From assembly GCF_026210795.1 (NCBI RefSeq), contig NC_089432.1, positions 2,046,001 through 2,110,000 on the forward strand: a stretch of 64,000 bases of DNA, read 5' to 3'. Shown one piece after another: positions 1 through 14,009 of the stretch (positions are counted from its first letter, which is position 1; the number at the start of each line of letters is the position of its first letter). Origin of the DNA: Rhizophagus irregularis. Its lineage: Eukaryota. The notes beneath the pieces are model-generated. The model ran no database searches. It saw nothing but the letters and a program-made list of their open reading frames with translations, and had not been told where the DNA came from. A program made the translations under genes and the position numbers.

Positions 1-1039
1 GATATGTTTACGCGAAAACTTGTTTACGTTTAAATCTAACGAATGTAAAATCACTCTGGAAGCATAACTAGTGGTATTTTTCGGCATAAATATTATCCGT
101 AAAACCCGAGTCGATCTCGAGTCGTATAACGCAGGTAAAAAAAAACCCCGACATCTTTTTTTTTGAAAATTATGTCACATTTTGCTTTTCATTTAAATAA
201 AGAAATAAATTTTCACAAGGTAATTATTCATTTTGGTTAAATTGATAAATATTTTCCAACATTCATGGTAAATCGTCTGCTTAGTATTTGTAATGAAAAA
301 TATCTCTTATAAGGTTATAGTGCTTTACAACGATTAACATATTTATCAACGTAATAAGCAGACGTATGTGACATTCGTGTGATTTTATCTTAATTAGATA
401 CGAAAGTTTAAATTTTATATTATTTATATTGTACTTGTTATAATATCGCTAACACTTACTAAAAACAATATAAAAAAACGATATCAAAAAAACTAGATTG
501 TCCATAATATGGGAGCACATAAACCAATAATTGTTAGTATTAATTTTGATGAGAATTCTAAAGGTAGTCACCAATCATTAAAAAATATTTTAGAAAGAGA
601 GATCTACTACTAAATATATGTACTGTACATTGTTTTGGTAAGACCGTTATACATGCTTGAACACACAACGTGATTTTCACGTCAAAAAATTGTAATATAA
701 AACGGTTTACTAAAAAAAATTATGAAATACACTTGATTAAACAGAACCTAAAAAGTCAAAGACTATATATACTGTAATAAAGGGGCACGTTTTATAATTA
801 TTCTTATTAAAAAAGAGTAATCGAATAAAGTTTCAATTTAATTAACTAAGTTTCGAATTCCAAATAATTTATTCGTATCACAATTAATATGTAGTGAACC
901 AATATAATTATAAATTAATCTACTGAAATAAATCGTGGATTATTATTCTACCAATAAATCACTTGGGTGTTTTCCCAGACCTTGGGGTTATTCTTATAAA
1001 CCTTGTGGCACAGCTGATCATTATTTACATTTTCATTTT

Positions 1040-1110
1040 ATCATAGTCACATCATTTTGTACTCTTCTCTTGGCTTTTACGAACATGGAATTGGATGTGA
1101 AATTGATGGT
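1040..1110 (+). pseudogene. Short relic of a Sel1-like repeat gene
   Basis: A frame different from the listed ORF reads LGFYEHGIGCEID, matching the Sel1 core of the intact genes (LGYCYxxGIGTxID). No continuing ORF. Confidence 0.4.
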
Positions 1111-2219
1111 CAAATTATTTTTCTTTATTTTCCATATTAAATATTTTTTTTTATTATTATTATTTTCATAATAGTGTATAAAATAAAAATAAAAAAACTA
1201 TTAAATTTGATAAAGTGTGCTTAATGATTGCCAAGGACATGTGCGCGTTTTTTTTTATAGATTTTATAGTGTAATTTTAGCAAATAATATATACTTATTG
1301 TATAATATTTAGGCAATAAACGTGCTGTTTTCGATTGAGGCCATTTGATTGGCTCAGAATGTGCCACGAAGTGGCACAATCTTACCAGCCTAACAGCTAA
1401 AGACATATACAATAAGTGTTTTATTATATAGACTCTCACGATCATACTAGTTGTAATGATTATTTATTATATATATTACCGATAAAGCTATTCAATAAAT
1501 GTAAAAAAAGTACAGTGTGATCCTATAAGGATATATAATAAAAGCATTTATAATATTAGAATAAAATAATTCTTTATACAGTAGTTGTCTAGTAGTATTT
1601 ATTAAGCATTACATTTAATGGTTATTAATTTATTTTTACAACACTTTTCTGTCATAAAAAATTCCAAGATACTCCAAATAATCTCTACAGTAAAAAATTA
1701 ATATAAAATGTTACACTTACACATGCATTATTGCAAAGAATAAATGTTACACGATAAAATGGTTACGAATATAAAAAATAAGTTTTATAAATAAAAAAGA
1801 ATTATGAAAAATACTTTTCATTTTTTTTTTATTAAAATTACGATCATTTTAAGATAAACGTTTCTTCGCTTCCGAAAAAAAAAACTGCGGAAAATTTTCC
1901 AAGTACAAAAATTTTTCTAATACTACGTAAAAAATAAGACTTACCTGACATTATAGCTAAGATAAGGTGCCTGAACCGGTCCATAATTTCCACCCTAAAC
2001 AAGAGACGTTCTTTTAAAGCAGCTGATATTTGTCGAAAGATATGGGTTTATCGCGTATCATCTTTTCAATCAAAGATTTCTCAACAGCAACCACAAAATG
2101 TTAGCCTTTATGACGTCCTAAATTGTCAATGGTTGAAATGGCATTATAGTTTTCATCAAATATATTAGTTTGAATCCAAACCGTGATACACCGATACTAA
2201 ACTTTATAAATCACTGTAA

Positions 2220-2842
2220 CTAGTAACCCGTTATTAACGGTTATAACAAATATCCGTTAATATCGGGTTTACGATTTAAATTTTAAACTAACGGGGTTCA
2301 AAAATTGAATATCGGATACAACCGAAAGTTTAATCTTACAAATGATATTTTTGTAACGGATTATCGTGTTATCGGTTTAAACGGGTTAGCTAAACTTTTC
2401 GGTATTTTCATGTGATGCATTTTATCAGAATCATCGGATCCGAATCATCGGAAATATGAAACCAAGTTTATTCAAAAAATCATGTTCTCAAAAGAAATGC
2501 ATCTAATTTTGATACTGATAAATAGAAATTGTATTTTATTGTATTCAATTTTAATATATAATAATAGTAATAAAAATAATAAATGATTTAAATATTTTTA
2601 AATATTAGAATTATTAAAATTCGATAAAAACATGCTGCGAAACCATTATTAACCAGTTAAACACCCGCTATCCAACCGTTAAAACCCCTTTAAGCAACCC
2701 GCTATCCAACCGTTATCGTCCCGTTAACCAATCCGGGCTAACTCGATAAGAAAAGGGTTAAATTTTCCTTGATGCCAACCCGAGTTTGTATTACCCCAAT
2801 GGGTCAACCCGTTTACCTGTTAAGAACCGGTCTGAACACTAG
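2220..2842. mobile_element. Non-autonomous TIR element (hAT-like, left end degenerate)
   Basis: CTAGT...ACTAG ends flanked by a duplicated ACTGTAA (2213-2219, 2843-2849). The interior is dense in AACCG/AACCCG/CGGTT subterminal motifs. Confidence 0.55.
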
Positions 2843-3500
2843 ACTGTAACATTATTTTTTTCGGTTAATATCTTTTTTTGTAAGTTCCGTCGTATATTTG
2901 TATGTTTTCTTTTTTTATTAATTTAATCCGATTTATAATGGCCATGACATATTGTTGCACTATACCTTACATAATGCAAAAGTATTGATCTTGATATTGT
3001 ACGACTAGTCTTCTTGATAGACCTATATGGTGGCACCATATAAACATATCAAGATGCATACCCTAAACCTATCAAGAACGATATTTTCACCTATAATAAT
3101 AAGGTAATATATGTCATGACCTTAAGCGTAGCACTAAAATTATTTCAATTATTAAGAAAAGAGATCAAAAAGAATTATTATCCACTTTTTTGTACATAAA
3201 TTCAAATATATAATCACATTCAATAATTAATTTGAAAATAAAATTTTTTTAAAAGTTTTATTTATAATTTTTCTAATGCGCATACGCAAAATTATTTTAA
3301 GTTATGCTACCAATAATCACAACATAACAATAATTCGAATTTAAATCAGAGTTTCTAAAAATATTCGCACAAATTAGCACTTATCATTTAATTAAGTAAA
3401 GTACTTTAAAATTAAAGTTTTATAATTAATTTATTTAACGTGCGAGTCATGCGAGTCAAAAAAAAAAGCTGACTTTTAATGACTAGAACCACATGACATA

Positions 3501-4431
3501 CAGACTCCGGCAAAAGTAATGGCGGTCAGTTTTTTTAATATAGCACATAAATTTTATAATGAAGCTATGAAATCTTTTTTTATTTTCGAGAAGAAGGGTC
3601 AAAAATACATATATTTTATTATTTGATAAATATTTGGTTTGACCTCTATTTGCATCAACACATGCTTCAATTTGATTTTGCGTGCTTTATCACCAATAAC
3701 CTCGCTATTAATAATTGTGCTATTTTCAAAATTATTTTACTTTTTTCTAAATAAATTGAGAAGTGGCTCGTAAATTTTTTTCTTTTTTTTGTATTACCAT
3801 CTCCTTAATATACTGCTTCAAAAACAATCCAATGTTCTCATTATGATTTGAGATTTGGGCTTTAAAATGATTATGAAAAACTCACAAATTTTCATACCAC
3901 CTTAAATATTCTGAAAGTTGTTATTTTACATCTCTATTATAATAATAAGCTCATCAATGGCCTAAAAAATTATTTGGTAAGTCAAAAATACACATATTTT
4001 AAAGTTTTCTTATTGAGAATTAAAATAATGTGAAAATGACCATTATTTCGATTTGGCAGTATTTTTTAAGATATAGCTTTAGTATTGACATTTAAAATAA
4101 AATATTTAGAATTTTTGCATTTTTTATAAGAGGGGTATATATTTCTTACAGAAATGCAAAAAAATTCTAATTCAATTAGAAAATTCCTAAAAATTTGTTT
4201 CAAGAAAAAGTTAACACCCTCATATATAAATTTAATTGTAATGAGAGCTATTTTGGGTATTAAAATAAAAATAATGTTAATATTTGAAATTACTTTTTTT
4301 TTCATTACCTTTTAAATGAGCATTCTACCGTTTAATTTGGTATAAAAAGTAATGCTCTGATTGGAATAGTTATGAAGTTATGATCAAATTAAGAAGTGGT
4401 ATTCCCACCGCCATTATTTTCCCGGGGACTG
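3501..4431. mobile_element. Tc1/mariner-like non-autonomous element (~930 bp)
   Basis: Imperfect TIRs: CAGACTCCGGCAAAAGTAATGGCGGT on the left, reverse complement CAGTCCCCGGGAAAATAATGGCGGT on the right. TA on both flanks; no transposase ORF. Confidence 0.7.
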
Positions 4432-6728
4432 TAAATTTGGGGCGATCTGCGAAATGCAATGCATCAATGTCATTGCACATTTAGACTCTCAAATTTGAAG
4501 TCAATCATGCGCGTCACGGACATTACAAAAAGAACTTTATTAGATTGAGAAAGTAGTTTGTTGAACATTACTAAACTTCTATTTTGCCTTGTTTGTCCAT
4601 TACTGTGTATTGTATGTGTTATTTTTTTTAAAACGAACTTTTAATGTAACGTGATTTGCTATAATTCTTTTTCTCTTAATATTAAATTTATTTTAATAGA
4701 ATAATAAAGCAAATATAGCAATGAATCAACCTTTGAGAATCTATTAACCTTCTAATTTCAATATTAAAACTTCTGATGTAAATCATTATACAAATTGACC
4801 ATGATACGAAAATAAAATTAACTTCAAAAAATTGATAATGCAATATAATCTTAATAGGCATGATATCACATGTTTCTGATGCACATCAGATGTGTCATAC
4901 AAAGGTAAAATATTTTATAACTGCCAAATTTTAACTCGGGTATGCCCGGTCATACTCGGGTAACTGGATAATGGTTCGCAGCTCTAATGCTATGCTGCGA
5001 GATCGGCATGATAAAAAGAGACAAACTCTTTATCATTATGATAAATAAGTTGTCGTTATGTAATTCGTTCCTTATGTGATATTTAATTATTTTAACCTCG
5101 TCATAATATATTGATATAAATTTTAGTTCGCAGTTCGGTGATATTCTTAATAACCCTCCTATCAATAACAAATTCCAATAATAATAATTTTAATCACAAA
5201 ATTAATTAGGAAAGCCGAATATATTGTTTGATTTATGTGGCGCATGTAAAACAAAATCAATATTTACAGTCAAGATCTCTTTTTTAGTACTTTAAATTAA
5301 ACTTGCTAAAAGTACATAAATATACCTACTATATATAGTATGTTATTTTATGTTCTAAAGACGATAATCTCTTCATTGAAAACCCTAATTATAGTTCAAG
5401 TGAATTTTAAACACAACATAATCGGCACAATTAGTAATATTGTTATTTCCTTATTTATAATTACTATTTAGTGATTAAATACAAAAATGTTTCTATTGTT
5501 TACTATATATCCCGATATGGATGATAACAAATTCTTGTATAAATATATACAAATTTCCGTATGAGAAGTGATGTGGTCAATTCCATTCGTATATTAAATA
5601 ATCAATGCGTTCGATGTTATAATTCAAAGTTGGCCACCCATCAAAAAAAAAATTTATATTTTTTTTTTTGATGAACTTTGACTCGAAAATTTATCGAAAA
5701 AATTTTTTCGCTTCCTCGCTTTCGATGAACGTTATTAATAACAGTCATGACTTTTGACAAACGTCTCGTCTCAGTCGTTATTCGATCATTATGAAAAGCC
5801 ATACGAAAATTAACTCTTGACTCTAGTTTACGATCTTTTCTTAACGCAAAACTTTAAGCTTATTGGAATACTTATAATAAGGAAGGAAATACAAGTAATA
5901 TTTTATATGTAGTATAATTGGATAATTAAGATATCGAGCATAATTTTATCGCTTATCGTTTGTTTTTTATTTGCTCCCTTGAGAACGAAAATATATAGTT
6001 ATAGTCTTTCCTTTATTTGTTACCGTTTTTTTCATCTTCGTATAAGAAAATAAGAGCTAAACTAATTAGCCAATACGTATTTTTTATTTACGATACAGTT
6101 ACATATATTTACTATATGTACTATACCGATATACTCTTTTATTTTTACTTTTTTTTAAGATTATTCTTACATAAATAAAAACTATCAATATATATCAATT
6201 TTTTAAGTTGATTAAATGATTATAATGTTCGTATAAAATACTTTAATTGGTTGATCTGAATCTTTTTTAACCAATTATCTGCAGATCTAGCACTTTCATA
6301 TCAGGTATTTCCTTCAATTAAACAGGCCTCGGTCCTTTGCAATTTTGGTCATATGCAAAATAAACAATCTTATTTGTGTAACAATGAAATACAGTATCAT
6401 TGTCGCTCAAACTGTAACTCCCCAAAATGAACGAGGACTAGCATGTACCGTGTTCATCTTAATTTTAACGTCTACAAAAAAAATTGTTTTCAGTTATTTC
6501 CGAATAAGCAGCGATTTCCCTAATTATTGCAGCTACTGTACGTTAATGAGGCAAAATTAGTAAAGGAAGTTATTGCGGCCCTATAATAAGAAATGTTCAA
6601 AAAAACATATTTGCATGTATTTTATGGATTTTATGTACACTATGCACTCTCTATATATGTATGCATAAGGTTCATATATTCTTTTGTACATTTTATACAC
6701 AGAGAGCTCTTTTAATTTGCATATTTCT

Positions 6729-7194
6729 GTTGTGCCTCAGATCGATTCTTGCCTCAGATCGAAGCTCACGCACCTCAGATTGAGATTGTCACCTGACGCA
6801 CCTCATTTGAATCATGCAATAAAGTCTGTTATAAGTAAAGTTTTTTTCTCATTAATTAAACCACTTTTTGTAACATATTCAAACTTGTGTGCCATAATGA
6901 GTTACACGTTTCCTGAAATTTTACTTGTGTTTTATCTTAAAAATCATTAAATTTTAAGTCATTTTCAAATGAAAAGATTTTTATGAGTATGATTCCAACT
7001 ATTCTGAAATTTTAGGATTGTATACTTAAAATTATGATGAATAAGTTTACTTAGTACTTAAAAATACATTAAAGTTGGAAAATTTGATGTTTAATTATAG
7101 CTCATTTTATTAGCAATCGAGGTGCGTCAGGTGACAATCTCAATCTGAGGTGCGTGAGCTTCAATCTGAGGCAAGAATCGATCTGAGGCACAAC
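6729..7194. mobile_element. MITE with ~76-bp near-perfect TIRs
   Basis: TIR GTTGTGCCTCAGATCGATTC...GACGCACCTC at 6729-6804, mirrored at the right end (to 7194) with one mismatch. Flanking duplication ATTTCT (6723-6728, 7195-7200), or TTTC if the termini are TGT...ACA. Confidence 0.9.
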
Positions 7195-7859
7195 ATTTCT
7201 ATACATTTTATAGATAATTTATGTATATTATTCATTTTATTATGTTTTCTGAACATTCCCTTTTTATAGAAATTGTGAGTGGCCTAAATTTTGTTACTGT
7301 ATAGAATCGAAAAGTAGAATATAAATAGTCACCTTATAATAATCTACTGATTAATATGTCTTAGGACCTTATTAATATGTACACTCTGCGGGTTTTTTTG
7401 TTATTGTGTTGATGTAATAGTGCATTATAATCAAGTTGGGTACATATTAATCAATATACTATAATGCTCCATGTTGTTGCCTTGCTTTTAGGCCCTTTTT
7501 ATTGCTATGAAGCTTATTGCTAAGAAGCGCACCCTAGTTGGCAAAATAAATTACTTTGCCGGGTGAGTAAATCTGGGGTTAATTTCAGCCAGCACTACAT
7601 GATTTGAGGGATCCAACTCCGGGCAACTCGGCACCATGGTAGCGTCATGGTAGTGTCATGGAAAGCTAGGGAAATCCTATTAATTTCAATTTTATATCAG
7701 CTTGGATGCCAAGTTATAGTGCTCCAAATTCGGCCAAAAGTTATGGAATAGTGCTGACCGATTCAACTGCGCCTTGAGTTCCTTCTTGGTGACTTTCGAG
7801 AAACTTTCAAGCTACTTTCAGCGTCCCAGTAACTGGATCACCATGAGATTTTCATAGTA

Positions 7860-8385
7860 ATATGGCATCATCAGCTGTCCCTAGGAAAACTTAATATATT
7901 TACTGAGGACACTTCTAGGGACAACTATGCTATCGATTTTGAGATTTTTAAGGTGATTGACTATGTTCTTCTATTTCTGTCCCTAGTGTCCCTAGTGTCC
8001 CTAGTAAAAAGTAAAATTCTAGGGAAAATTCGAAATCACCCAGTATGCTATATATGTATGCTATATTTGTATGATATATGACTATGGGCAAAAAAAATAA
8101 AAAAAAAGTATGAGTTTGATTTTTTTCTAGGGTCGCTAGCCTATAAAAAATTTTCAGAAAAATGATCATTTATCAGAGTTTTTTCCAGAATTTTTTTTAT
8201 AGGGTAGGGTCAATAGGGACACACATCTAGAAGGCTTTCCAGAATTTTGAAAGCGCCAAAAAAGTTACTTCTTGTGTATCGAAGTGTCCCCACATTTTTT
8301 TCTAGGGACAAATTCCTAGGACTAACTTCCTAGGGCCAACTTCCTAGGGCCAACTTTCTTAGACCAAAGTTTTCATAGGGTCGGA
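7860..8385. repeat. CCTAG/CTAGG-rich repetitive segment, probably a decayed transposon end
   Basis: Many CCCTAG/CTAGGG motifs in both orientations, including tandem GTCCCTAGT x3 (~7979-8005) and TTCCTAGGGCCAAC tandems (~8327-8354). Confidence 0.5.
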
Positions 8386-8394
8386 TCTGCTACT

Positions 8395-8580
8395 GAAGCC
8401 ATCCTAGCCAGCTTGACTAGCTTTATTTGATGGCAATGCTTTCGAGATCGATATTTACCTGAATGCTTTTTACATGCGCCGTATGGCTTTCATATAGGTG
8501 CCTTCCAGTGAACTTTACACTCTTCTAGGCGATAGAATCCCTCGTTGCATACTGCACCATTTTGAAGAATAAATGGACAA
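8395..8580 (-). pseudogene. Relic of a small Cys/His-rich (zinc-finger-like) protein gene
   Basis: The minus strand reads CPFILQNGAVCNEGFYRLEECKVHWKAPI*KPYGACKKHSGKYRSRKHCHQ, with an internal stop. Resemblance to a Glomeromycota family is from recall. Confidence 0.4.
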
Positions 8581-9167
8581 TGATTTTTATATGTCTAACA
8601 CTAATGATTCTAATAAATTAATTTTTATTTTAAACTTTTTTGAAACGCGTGTAGAATATGTAGAGGTTCAGCCAACTTCCCCGCAAAAATAATTCCCGTA
8701 AAAATAACGCAAAAATAAGGTATGTATATGCCAGAAGTTATATATGCACCGAATTTTTCTCATTATGGACTTTTGTATTTAGGAATCGAAATGAGCGAAA
8801 ATCACTCTCAATCGTCTTATCGTTTCTTGTGGACAACTTCATGCTCTTCCACACGATAGAGCTATACAATCAGTTACAGTTGGCATGAGTCAACAAGTTA
8901 GCGCACTTGTACTAGGCTACTAGCTATAATTCGAAGCAATTTGGGGACATCCTTTAATAATATTCTCTTAAAAAATTCGACAAGTTTATCCCAATGGAAT
9001 GTCTATGAAACCGCAGGCCTTGATTTCTGATTTTTTCAATGAGCAACCTCGAAAATTACATAGAAATTATACGCTAGAATCGAAAGTTATTCAAAAAAAA
9101 CTGCAAACCAAACACTGAAAGTGGTGTATCAGTTGCTCTGTTCATTTAATTAAATGTATGAGTTTTA

Positions 9168-9443
9168 ATGAAATGCATTTAAAAATCAATGAATAACGAA
9201 GGACAAGTAAAATCACGTGCTAATCGGCCATTTTATTAGCTGCGGCAAGTTAGTACAAAGAATCATTACATCATAAATAAATCATAGTACATAATCAATT
9301 AAACTTTTATACTATATAGACTATAGTTCCCACACAAGCCTCTTTAGGCCGTTTTTGCTATACTAGCATATAGGGTGGGAAAAGGGGGGGAAGCGTGATT
9401 ATACTTGTCCTTCGTTATTCATTGATTTTTAAATGCATTTCAT
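9168..9443. repeat. ~50-bp inverted repeat pair (MITE-like) next to a direct duplication
   Basis: 9168-9217 is the reverse complement of 9394-9443 (1 mismatch). 9059-9113 is repeated directly at 9441-9494. Confidence 0.7.
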
Positions 9444-9692
9444 AGAAACTATACGCTAGAATCGAAAGTTATCCAAAAAAACTGCAAACCAAACCGCGCA
9501 ATGGTAGTGTCACCTTGGTTTTAAAAACTGAAAGTGGCAGGTGCACCCGTGTATCAGTCATTTCATAAAGTATTGTTATTGAGAAAGCAGATCACGTGTA
9601 ATGATGCAATGCCTGTGCGACATAAAAACATATGCTTAGGCCCTTTCACAGAAATATTTTTTTTATCCGCCTACTATCACTATAAAAGCACC

Positions 9693-10570
9693 ATGTCTGC
9701 TCTCTGAAAGTAATACACCAGCTTATACCTCTACTAGCGTCACTGGAGTTGAGACGGTTTTGTTAGCGGACGATATTAAAAAATATGACACGGCTGAACT
9801 TTTGAAGGGCCAGAACTTAGGGCTTAGCGAAACGTCACTCAAAATTTTAGAAAATTATGATGTTACTGGTCGTGCCTTCCTCAAGATGAAAGTGTGTACT
9901 TCCTGTAATACTTGCGGAGTTCGCTAAGGAGTGTAAGGGAAAGAAGTTGAGGTCTTTCTCCTATCTCGGTTTGAGTAAGGTGTTAGCGAAATATGGTCTC
10001 GATTCCGATGGTATAGATTCCATCCCGCTCTTCTCTCCCCCAACTTACGAAATTTAAGACGATAATAAGTTTTTCAAGCACTGCATGGCAGAGATACTTC
10101 TTAGGTTAGGTTCCTACGGTACATTAGACAGCTTGGAGGCTGCGTAATGAATATATGGTGACGCTTCTTTATTCTGCTATATATATCGTCATGGAAGAGA
10201 CGAATAAGGAACTTAGCATGCGACCTCAATATGGTATCGTTGAGGAAGAAAGTAAAGGACGGGTTGATTATGCGATTAAGGTATGAGATTTTTTATTGGC
10301 ATTCACCACGTTAACTTTACCACTGACCAAAATACTACTTGCTGTGTGAACGAATAGGAAGCCGAAGATCTTATTTACATTACAGGGGACAAACAGCATA
10401 AAATTCCCGTAGGTGGGACTGGCACTTCCTTCTATATAGTCCTGAAAAAAATTCCAAGGCAAGCGATACTGCCTATTCAATCGAATTTATCAAGAAGGCC
10501 TTGGTTAATGATTCCAAAGAGTATGCTAACCTCCGTAAGAGTGTGAGGAAGGTTTTGGGTATAAGGAAAG
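9693..10570 (+). pseudogene. Pseudogene: SAM-like N-terminus plus PD-(D/E)xK restriction-endonuclease-like C-terminus
   Basis: Fragments LLADDIKKYDTAELL..QNLGLSETSLKILENYDVTGRAFLKM, FAKECKGKKLRSFS, MRPQYGIVEEESKGRVDYAIK|intron|EAEDLIYITGDKQHK and RKSVRKVLG, interrupted by stops, frameshifts and deletions. Confidence 0.7.
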
Positions 10571-12029
10571 AGAGATGGATAAATTCTTGGATGAAGCACA
10601 AAGAAAGTGTTGGCGATGAAACAAGGCTAAGGAGAAGAAACTTCTACGTGAGTCAGCTAAAATCAAGTCCAGAACGTCACTTCGGACTTTTCACAACCGA
10701 TAACAATTTCAGTAGATTCGAAATTATCACGTGACAAAAACCCGTTGCCATTGGTAACGAACTAACGATCAGGATTCGAAATTATCACTTAGTATAGATG
10801 ATGATATCTCTGCTTCACAAGATTAAAGATAAGAAAGCAAAAAGAATGATATATAAAGAAATATACCCAATGTCACTCAAGACAATTTGCGAATTCAAAC
10901 CCATAGAGTTAATGCTATTTGGAGAAAAGGGGTTGGGGTAGATAGAATTAAATTAGTCACTTGTAGCGCGAGTGATATTTCTAGATTAAACAATACTCAA
11001 ATTCAAAATATTATAGGTTATGTGAATGCGAAAACCGTTACCAATGGTAACGATCAGAGTCATGTGACTTCAGCAGAATCAGTCTCACCTCAAGCAAGTT
11101 ACTGTAGAAAATGGAAATCAGCTTCCCTATGATCCTGAATCAGCGAAGTTGTTACCCCAAGATGAGGTGGAATATTGTCTTAGCCGTAACTCTTCAAGCA
11201 TGGCATTGTTGTGTAAAAAAGTATTGGTATTTACATGGCAAATGGGGGATCAATAGTCAAGGCGGTATAAGATATTATTCTACTACATGAACAAAAATAT
11301 GTATTTTTAATTGCAATCAATAAAGCAAAAGCATTAGGTGCAATATATTTACATATCAATATCTAGTATGTGTTGAGAAAAGTGTGGATTGTGTTTATAT
11401 GCTAATATTTCTCGATCAGCAGTTTTTCATCTGGTGATCCACATTAGGATATATAACCGTGTATTACGGGAGCACCATATAATTTATTCTCGAAATTTCC
11501 CGCATATATTCAAGCTTTTGCATGCAAAAAGACCCCTTGTTGATCCAGGGACACGACCCCAGTGTTTATTATAATTTTAAGGAGTGTCCGCTGATCTGAT
11601 TTTCGTGATGAATCATAATAGCATAATTTTCCAAAAATTTATTCCAAACATCGTTCCTTAAACTCACTACAAATCATATAAAAAGGTAAGGACTTAAATC
11701 CTTTTATCCGCCTCGTGCAAGTAAAGCAAAAAAAAAAATCAAAAGCAATATTCAAACTACCACAACGAGGTATATTCCGTAAAGTAATAACAAAGTTACT
11801 AGTTTGGTTGATTTATTGACTTGATTCTAGAAAATCGTCATCACGATGCTAATCATTTTTTTCCGGCTCCATAGATGCTCAAAGATAAAAAGGACATATT
11901 ACCTTTCTTGATTCTGCGCATTTGATATTCGCTGAGAAAATCGTGATCACCATCATGTGCCTAATCAGAAGTAAGCTTATTCTATATTATAAGCAACAAG
12001 TATTAATTTTTTGGCTTTCTATCACCAGA

Positions 12030-12480
12030 TTTCCGTCACATGCCGAGATACAGTGCGCATTATATCGAATAAATTTTCCGAAAATAAAGTTATAAGCATC
12101 TTCAAGTGCCGAGATGTTTGGTGCAGTATCGAAGTGACGATAAGTTATGAGGTACAAGGTTACACATATGCTTAATACATCATTGCGATCTGCAGATCGT
12201 TGGGTATTGGTGTGCCGTCGAATGGAAAAATTTCCTGAGGAGAGTTCTTTAATACGTGCGAAATTTCAAATTGTTAAAGAATGGATTGAGATGAAACCCT
12301 ATGAAGGTAATGAAGTAGATTATGATAGAATCTGATAAAGAAAGTTGAGAAGATTTTCAGATTCCACAAGCTAAGTAATTTTATGCAATACAATTCCTTA
12401 TTTTATCTACTAATTATAACCTTTTATATATTTTAGAGTACAAGGCAATCATTCCAGATAAAATTGAACTAATGTATGAC
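12030..12480 (+). pseudogene. Degraded gene fragment of unknown function
   Basis: Protein-like stretch EKFPEESSLIRAKFQIVKEWIEMKPYEGNEVDYDRI* with flanking GT-AG intron-like signals (~12373-12437). No intact ORF. Confidence 0.3.
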
Positions 12481-13101
12481 TAGTGAGTTCAAGCAATTTA
12501 ATAATGTTAGAGTGTAATCTTTGATTGTGCATACATTCAAACTCAATAAACACTATTTCAATTGTCAACCGCAATAATAGTAAAGCCTTCGGTACATTCT
12601 TGTTTATACATCAAATTTTATATTTTTTATTAAAAAAAAGAAAACTTATCGTATCATACTAATTTGATTGGACGGAAATTATTGTGTAACATGTTCAAGA
12701 GAACGATAAAAAAAAACTAATAGTATTTCTTTTAAAACAGGAATATAACAGATTTATTTATCTCATATATTAAATCTATAATTTTTTAAATCAGAATTCT
12801 TCTTTATTCAACTTCATAATTTTTGTCGATGGTTTACACTCTAATTAAAAAATCTTCTAAATCACTTTTACCCAACTATTTTCTAACGAATATTTTTTTT
12901 TTTTTTGTTATTCAAACTTAAGAAAAACCGAAATGGCTTCGGCATAACGTCCTTTGGCGAAATGGCCATCCGATAAAATGAACTGAAATTATATATCGAA
13001 GAGCTTATGTTAAGTAAATATATAGACAAAATGTCTAAAACAAACACAAAGTGCAGTTTATAGAATAATTGTCATATAATTACATTTTTTTCTACTGAAT
13101 T

Positions 13102-14009
13102 CTAATCTTTTTTGACTCGATTGCACGTGTTCAGTAATTCTGTCGGTTTGCGAGCCGATTCTTTTGAGATTTTTCCTATATAAAAGAAAATAAAAGAAGA
13201 TGAAGTAAATGGATTATTTACTCAGTAAGCGTAGAAAAATTGAAATGGAAATCATAATAAAAGGTGGACTATTTTATCGTTCAAAAAACAAAGATCAACA
13301 AAAATATATATATATAATATAATAGTAATAATAATAATAATAATTGCGTAAGGGGATAAATGTTATTTAAAGATAGGATCACATTAAAAGAAAAATTAGG
13401 AGATATCCAGAAAAGTCTTATGCGTATAAAGGAAGGTACATGACCAATACCTCCACAAGAATCTCCAAATAAAACCTAAAATATACAGCCTCCAAGCGAA
13501 AGTTTGAGATCAATGAAGTATATTTAATGAATAGATATTAGGGATGAAAAATTATCTATGCTTACTTTCTTTTTCTGCGTCAACAAATTTGTGACCACAT
13601 CGAGAACTTCAGTAGAAACCGCTGGATCGTCTCTTAGGATGTATAGTGTGTTAAAGAAAAATTGATTTGTTTTTCTCGTATCCTCTGCTGTAGAAGGCCA
13701 ACAAGAGGAGACCCAATTAGAGAAATCCAAGAGAGACCACTGAGAGGGAGGAAAGAGTCGGAAATAATTTATCTTCCCGTGGGAAAGTGAGAGGTGGTTA
13801 GGAAGCTTTTGAACCTCCATAGAGATCATCATGGCAGGTCCACGCTTTAACCCGTATTCTATCAACCTTTCCTCTGTTAAGTTAGGAAAAATAACTCCAT
13901 CGATTTTTTTTTCACGAAGAACCTGAAAGTCTTCATCATCCAATCGTAGGTCTTTACTTTTCAAAAAGGATATCAATTCCTCAGTGGACCATTTGTACAT
14001 AGCAGACAT
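13102..14009 (-). CDS. SAM (sterile alpha motif) domain protein
   Basis: ATG at 14009: MSAMYKWSTEELISFLKSKDLRLDDEDFQVLREKKIDGVIFPNLTEERLIEYGLKRGPAMMI is a SAM signature. The main exon ends at a GTAAGC donor near 13565. Tentative further exons are 13475-13451 and 13175-13102; the unspliced stop is at 13524. Confidence 0.7.

Noticed and set aside
6684..6950. 88-aa ORF
   Set aside because: Runs through a MITE TIR; no protein features.
10718..11070. Repeated palindrome CCGTT(G/A)CCA(T/A)TGGTAACG and a TTCGAAATTATCAC duplication
   Set aside because: Short, with no TSD or clear boundaries; cannot be distinguished from TE debris.
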